A DNA stretch of 63,758 nucleotides, the filler included, from Reclinomonas americana ATCC 50394 (lineage: Eukaryota): the NCBI GenBank assembly GCA_048213135.1. It is 14 parts of 14 records of this genome, joined end to end, with 100 filler letters (N's around TTAATTAATTAA, not from the genome) between each part and the next. Parts side by side here need not be neighbours in the genome. Positions count along the whole stretch, not along the records: positions 58,196 to 60,899 come from AFZH01018101.1; positions 61,000 to 62,409 come from AFZH01018104.1; positions 62,510 to 63,758 come from AFZH01018105.1; 11 more parts are not named here. One strand, given 5' to 3'. The position numbers and the translations under genes were made by a program. The notes beneath the pieces are model-generated. The model had not been told where the DNA came from and ran no database searches. It was given only the letters and a program-made list of their open reading frames with translations. Every line of letters starts with the position of its first letter. Position 1 is the stretch's first letter. Of the stretch, positions 58,257 through 63,758 are shown one piece after another.

Positions 58257-60262
58257 CCCATCGCTGCGAAAGGAGTTTGTAAAGGAGGGCGTTCTGCATC
58301 GCTTGGTGAAGCGCCTCCGCAGCGAATCGAAAGTGTCGGTGTTGACCGAGATTGCGCGTGCCACCGCCGAGCTGGTGGCAGACGGTTCGCTTGTGTGAGT
58401 CTCGTATGTGTCTTCACCGCTGGCACTCACACGCACTGTGTGCCGTGCACAGAGGACATTGCGTACTTTTTCGTGCAACTCGACGGACTGAAGATCCTTC
58501 TCCAGCTCATGTATCGCAACGAGGAGGAACTGATTGCACAGGTCGCCAAAGCCACTGGTCGTGTGGCCAGGCTTGAGGAGAACAAGGACGTTGTGCTGGA
58601 GAAGACTGGCCATCGTTTGCTCGATGTGATTGGTTTCGCTGATACGTCGGCGCAAGCGGCTGCTCTGGGCGCTCTGGCGAACATTGCATACTCCAGTTGT
58701 GTCCGCTTTTTTTTTTACTGCAGTGGAGTCGACCATCATCTTCTCATTCTCGTTTTGTTCACACAGAGCGAGTGAGCACCCCCGAAGATTTAGTGGATGT
58801 GGTGCACGAGGAGGAACATTGTCGGCGCTCGTTCAACAATCACTTACTGCAAGCCATCAACCAGCAGAACTTGCCCGAATTCCGCCACTTTTGGTTCTGC
58901 TCTGTTGCGTGCATGCTCCACGCCGTTTTTCGTTCTCTCGTTTCACGCTGAACGCGCGCTCTGTGCCATCACAGACCAAGGCCGACATTCCCGCACATCT
59001 CGAAGCTCTCGGCTACGTTGACTTTTGCGCGGCGACAGATTTGTCGCGCATGAAGGACAATTGCGAGCGCAATCTCTACCTGAGTGTGGACATGGCACTC
59101 GACGATATTCACCGTCTCTTTGACGACATTATCGGGCTGCCACTTGCCGAGGATCCAGGTCGTCTCAAGCAACGAGTTTTGTCACGACACTTGCTGCTGT
59201 TGGCGGGCATGATGCCACTTCCTTGCTCATGATGCTGTTGCTGCTTGGCACAGGCCGCTGTATTACGAGACCGCCTCGTGGCTGCCATTCAGGTCTTTGA
59301 GACCGATCGCGCCGAGTCGTTCCGCATCATGATCGACTACATTCGCAAGATCAAGACGCGAGAGCACGAAGGTTCTCCTCGCCACTGCTTGCGCAGACCT
59401 ACAGATGTTGCTCAGTGCCTTTGCTGCGGAATGCAGATCGAGTGCGTCGTCAGCTCCTGGAACTCGGCAGTATGTTCACGCTGCTGCAGTTGCAGTCGGA
59501 TTCGGTGGACGTAAAGACCGCGGCCTCTACGTTCTTTGCCAACATTGCCATTTCTGGTGAGTCCCGTCATGACAGACTGCGTGGCTGGTATTCGTGCTGA
59601 CCACTGTGACAGATGAGAACCGAGCCGCACTCGAGTATCACGGCGAATACGAAGTGGTGGTGGGGGCACTGGAAACCGATGACCCCATTTTGGTGGCTGA
59701 AGCAGCACGGCTCATCGGCACTCTAGCCGTCACGGGTACGAGCAGTTTGCTGTTAACAGATCGATTGTATCATGCATACAGAGCAAGGCGCTGAGTGCAC
59801 TGCGCACAGATGATGGCAAAAAACTGTTGATTGCGCAGGGTGTTATTGCTTTGCTGCTGGAGAAACTGGAGTTGGAGGACCATGTTGCTCGCCAGTGGTG
59901 TTGTCGAGCACTGGCGATTCTCGCCGACAATGGTATGCGTTGCACTACGGGAACGGAAAGCGCGGCCTTGTTTCCGTGCTTGCTCACATCACAGTGCACT
60001 GCACGCAGATCGAGCAAAGATTATCATGGCCAAGAGTGGAGCTGCCGAGAAGTTGCACCGCGTGTTGTTCATCGCGCAGGGTGAAGTGCGCTACGAGTGC
60101 TTGCGAGCGATTGCCACTTTGTGCACCGAGGATCTGTTTGCCAAGCGTTTCATGCGCGACGAGTACATTCAGACGCTGCTGTTGTGTCTGAGCTCCGAGC
60201 ATCACCGACAGCAGTGGCACGCGGCTCGTGCCCTCGCTGCGATTGCTGTGAAGGGTTTGTTG

Positions 60263-60297
<35 letters not shown>

Positions 60298-60899
60298 GCG
60301 TGCATGCTGCCTTGCTGTGTTGCTGACCGTCACTGTAGAAAAATACAACACCAAGCTGATGCAAGGCCACACACTGGCTCGTCTGCTCAGTCTCATGCGC
60401 GAGCACGTCGGCATTGTTCCGGAGCACGAAGATGGTTGCCGTACCTGCGACGAGCCGTTCGAAGTGCTTCGCTCGGCGCTGCGTGCTCTGGTTGCTTTGT
60501 CGGCTGTCCGTTGCGTCGCCGTGTGTCGCACCTCCCCCTCGACGCATCACGCGTGCTGACGTACATTATTGTTGTTGGCAGCCCTGGCCAAGGATGTTAT
60601 CTTGGATTTGAATCCCAAGGATGATCTGGTGACCGTGCTGCAGACCTCCTCCGACGTGTGGGTATTGCGATACGCCATTTCACTGATTGCCAGTCTGGTC
60701 ATTCGTGATGGTTCGTCGAGGCAAAGATAAATAGCGAAGGAAGGAAACAAGAGCAGCTCACGGCTTGGTGTCTTGTCTCGTCGCAGACGAAGTGAGAGAA
60801 GACTTTACGCGGCACGGACTGCTGGATCTGGTGATGGAGCACGCGTACAAATCGACTGATCCGGAGGTCCAGTACCAAGCAGCGGGTGCCCTCGCGCAC
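58257..60899 (+). CDS. Armadillo-repeat protein with an embedded bromodomain-like segment (partial at both ends)
   Basis: Repeated ARM H3 motifs (AALGALANIA, AARLIGTLAV, CCRALAILAD, AARALAAIAV, QAAGALAH). The internal DLSRMKDNCERNLYLSVDMALDDIHRLF segment is bromodomain-like. Confidence 0.7.
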
Positions 60900-61033
60900 N
60901 NNNNNNNNNNNNNNNNNNNNNNNNNNNNNNNNNNNNNNNNNNNTTAATTAATTAANNNNNNNNNNNNNNNNNNNNNNNNNNNNNNNNNNNNNNNNNNNNG
61001 TCGCTTCCACCCCCCCCCCCCCCCCGACCCGGC

Positions 61034-62409
61034 TCACCGGTAGTAGTTGCGTGCCTCGTCCTTGGCGCCATGTGAATCAACAATACCCTTGAGCTCCTTG
61101 ATCACAGCGCGATACTCGTTGCGCTGCTGCTTTTCGGTGGCGGAGGACGATGCCGAGGTTGCCGCAGATCTCTTCCACGACTGCTGACTCGACTTGCCGC
61201 CCGCCGCTTCCTTGTGACCGAGTGATGTGGCCATAGTCGTGGTTCCTGAACTGCTCGCCACCGAGCCCTCCGGTGCCATGTGCTTTCTCATCGTCGGCAG
61301 CGTGCCTCTGCATTAATGAGAGAGGCCGTCAGATTGTGAAGATGTGCGGCGGTAGGTAGCGCAGCACACCGTTTGTAATCCTGTCCAGAGATACTCATAA
61401 AGAACACGTCTTCGTCAGGAGCGCCGTCGGCATCGTTCTCCACCGCCTGCTCCAGCCACTCGCCCACACCCGTGTCATCAATCAGCATGTCGTCTTCGTC
61501 GTCTTCTGGTGCCGAGTCATCCGACATCATGTCACTGACACCTGCGCGCATGCGTGCCACTCGGTCAGCACACAGGCGCGACACCTCGCACCAACAGAGA
61601 CAACTGTGAGCGGAGAGACCTTCACGGCGGCCTTGTCGCATCTCCATGTGCTTCCTCGCCGCTGACTTGAGCGCGCTCTTCAGTTTCGCCTCCCGTGCCA
61701 TCACACGGGCAATCACTCCAGCAACGCCTTTCAGCAGTGGTCCACCTCCGTCGTCCTCATCCTGCAGAGAACATCCATCGTCATCATCATCATCATCATT
61801 GTCGTCGATCACACGCATTGCAATTCTGCCTGCACACCATCATTTCCTCGTCTTCATCATCGCCATCCTCGTCCTCGTCCTCATCCGCACCGCCTCCATC
61901 CTCATCCTCGGCTGGCTCCGGTCGCTTTCGCGACGAACCACCTGTGCATCTCTCTATCAATGTTCCGACCCACACAGACACGCACAGAGACACACAGACA
62001 CAGATGCGCACGCACGTGTGCCCTTGGAGGAACTTGCAGGGTCCACCAGCTGATTAAAGTACACCACACCGTAGCCGCCAGTCTTCTCGTCCCACTCGAT
62101 GGGCTTGAGAAGACGCGTGGAATCGAATGAGCGGCGCCCTGGCGGTGCGCGTCGAACGCCACTTCCACTGCCGCCACCTGCTGCTGCTGTCGCTGCGCCT
62201 GGAGGCGACAGTGCCATGGTGGCAGTTGACATTGACGCGATGGCAAACCAAAAGTGACTTTAATCGATCCGTTGTCCATCCAATTGCAGGCTAGGCGGGA
62301 ACACTGCCATCATCGACAATCTCTTCTTCACCGTCACCTGCATCCCTGCCCGTCTCGCTCACAGCAGCAGCATAGATTCTACGTCATTCTACAAGATCCA
62401 AGCGTCACG
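61034..62409 (-). CDS. Hypothetical multi-exon protein with acidic low-complexity tracts (partial)
   Basis: Coding-like segments separated by GT-AG introns. No family recognised. Confidence 0.45.
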
Positions 62410-63463
62410 NNNNNNNNNNNNNNNNNNNNNNNNNNNNNNNNNNNNNNNNNNNNTTAATTAATTAANNNNNNNNNNNNNNNNNNNNNNNNNNNNNNNNNNN
62501 NNNNNNNNNCAACACATAAAGACAAGGGGAGCATGAGCACAAGCAGCCGAGAGACACAGAAGCGTGCGTGGGCTGCCCTGGCCAGCCATGACATGCACAT
62601 GACCATGGCACACACACACACAGAGAGAGAAGACACAACCGGCCACTATTATTCGCTCTCTCTCCCCGCTCTGCTACTGCCGAGTCGTGCAACGAGTTGC
62701 GTGCAGTGCAGCGTGAGTGCGGCAAGCGCGTGCGTGCGCGATGGTCTGCGGCATGTGCGACATGCACACTCTCACTCCAGCTCCACAGACGCACACAGGC
62801 ACACACACACATGCACACATACACACACAGACACAGAGAGGTGCACTGGGGATATAGTCATGCGCTGAGCTCTTCAGCGTGGCTGTGCGTGTATCTGTGT
62901 GCACGACAAGGTACGCAACACTTGGCCTTGTTTTCGATCTTTGCCGAGTAGCGGACCATTGGAACGAATACCCTGCGTCGCACACTGTCAGCCTTCTTCA
63001 GAAAACACACACAGAGAGTGGCGGAGGGGCGTGTGAGGCCGCACCGAGGGTGAAAAACGCGATCAGTACTTAGGTTGATTCGATCAGACCGTGAAACTGC
63101 ATCCATTCATAAACAGCGCCACTTTTGCGGAGGTGAGATCACGCAGCTGGAGACGTGTGATAGGCGCGCTCTACGGTCGCAGACAGTCAGCAGTGGCCAC
63201 TCTGTGTCTCCACGTGTGCGTGTGTGTCGGTGTGGGGGGCGTGCGCGTGGTGCTGTTGTGCATCATGTGCATGGCAATGGACGACGCCGCCCCCCACCAC
63301 CCCCTGTGTGTGTGCGCACTGAGACGGTGTGGAGTGACAGAGAGGGGGGGAGAGACGCACACAGGCAGTGACAGGCACTTTGTGTGTGTTTGTCATGATG
63401 ATGATGATTGACAGAGAGACTCACTTCACTCTCTCTTGTGCCACAGGCTTCATCTTCGTAATC

Positions 63464-63725
63464 ATGTTCATCAAGGGAGACAACCGTGTGACCTACCGCC
63501 GCCGGCACTCGTATGCCACGGCCAGCAACAAAGTGCGACGGTGTGTGTGTGTGTTTTGCGCGAGGCACACCCTATTCTGCTCTGTTGTGCACGGTCGTCT
63601 CATGTGGGTGGTGGTGGGTGTGTAGTGTGCGCACGCCGGGTGGCCGCTTGGTGGTTCACTACGTCAAGAAGGGCAACCGTGGCCCGCGCGCACCCAAGGA
63701 GCTCGGTGGCCAGCTGCTCGCCGGT
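63464..63725 (+). CDS. RPL34: 60S ribosomal protein L34 (eL34), 3' partial
   Basis: RVTYRRRHSYATASNKVR|VRTPGGRLVVHYVKK..GQLLAG. A 5'UTR intron lies at about 63133-63446. Confidence 0.93.
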
Positions 63726-63758
63726 GTTGCGTAACAAACACGAGCAGCGAGAGGTGCA

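Noticed and set aside
63392..63410. ATGATGA as a snoRNA C box
   Set aside because: It is part of a short (GAT)n run, with no CTGA D box before the acceptor at 63446.

Overview
GC-rich, gene-dense, intron-rich eukaryotic DNA, probably from a protist. It is made of 14 contigs joined by 13 artificial 100-nt spacers (N44-TTAATTAATTAA-N44), and several genes continue across the spacers. Most introns are about 55-110 nt and GT-AG, so the six-frame ORF track is mostly fragments; the gene models below were spliced by hand. Genes recognised: a 2OG-Fe(II) oxygenase, an ARM/SPRY-like protein, proline iminopeptidase, CEBPZ/Mak21, RPL9, RtcB, CDC123, Nup107, ceramide synthase, an ependymin-like protein, a JmjC protein, centrin, a RasGAP-VPS9 protein, an IP3 receptor, a lactonase fusion, EXOSC7, an MSP-domain protein, a MAP2K-like kinase, Rab32/38, transportin, REV1, an intronless NmrA-like SDR, an ARM/bromodomain-like protein and RPL34. 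The most striking signal is a second, very common class of 5' splice site. About 50 hand-traced introns begin GTTGCG, GTTGAG, GTTTCG, GTTGTG or GTTAAG, which is the normal donor with the +3..+6 motif moved one base into the intron. They occur mainly where the exon does not end in G. This suggests routine use of shifted-register 5' splice-site recognition, which is otherwise known as a rare exception.
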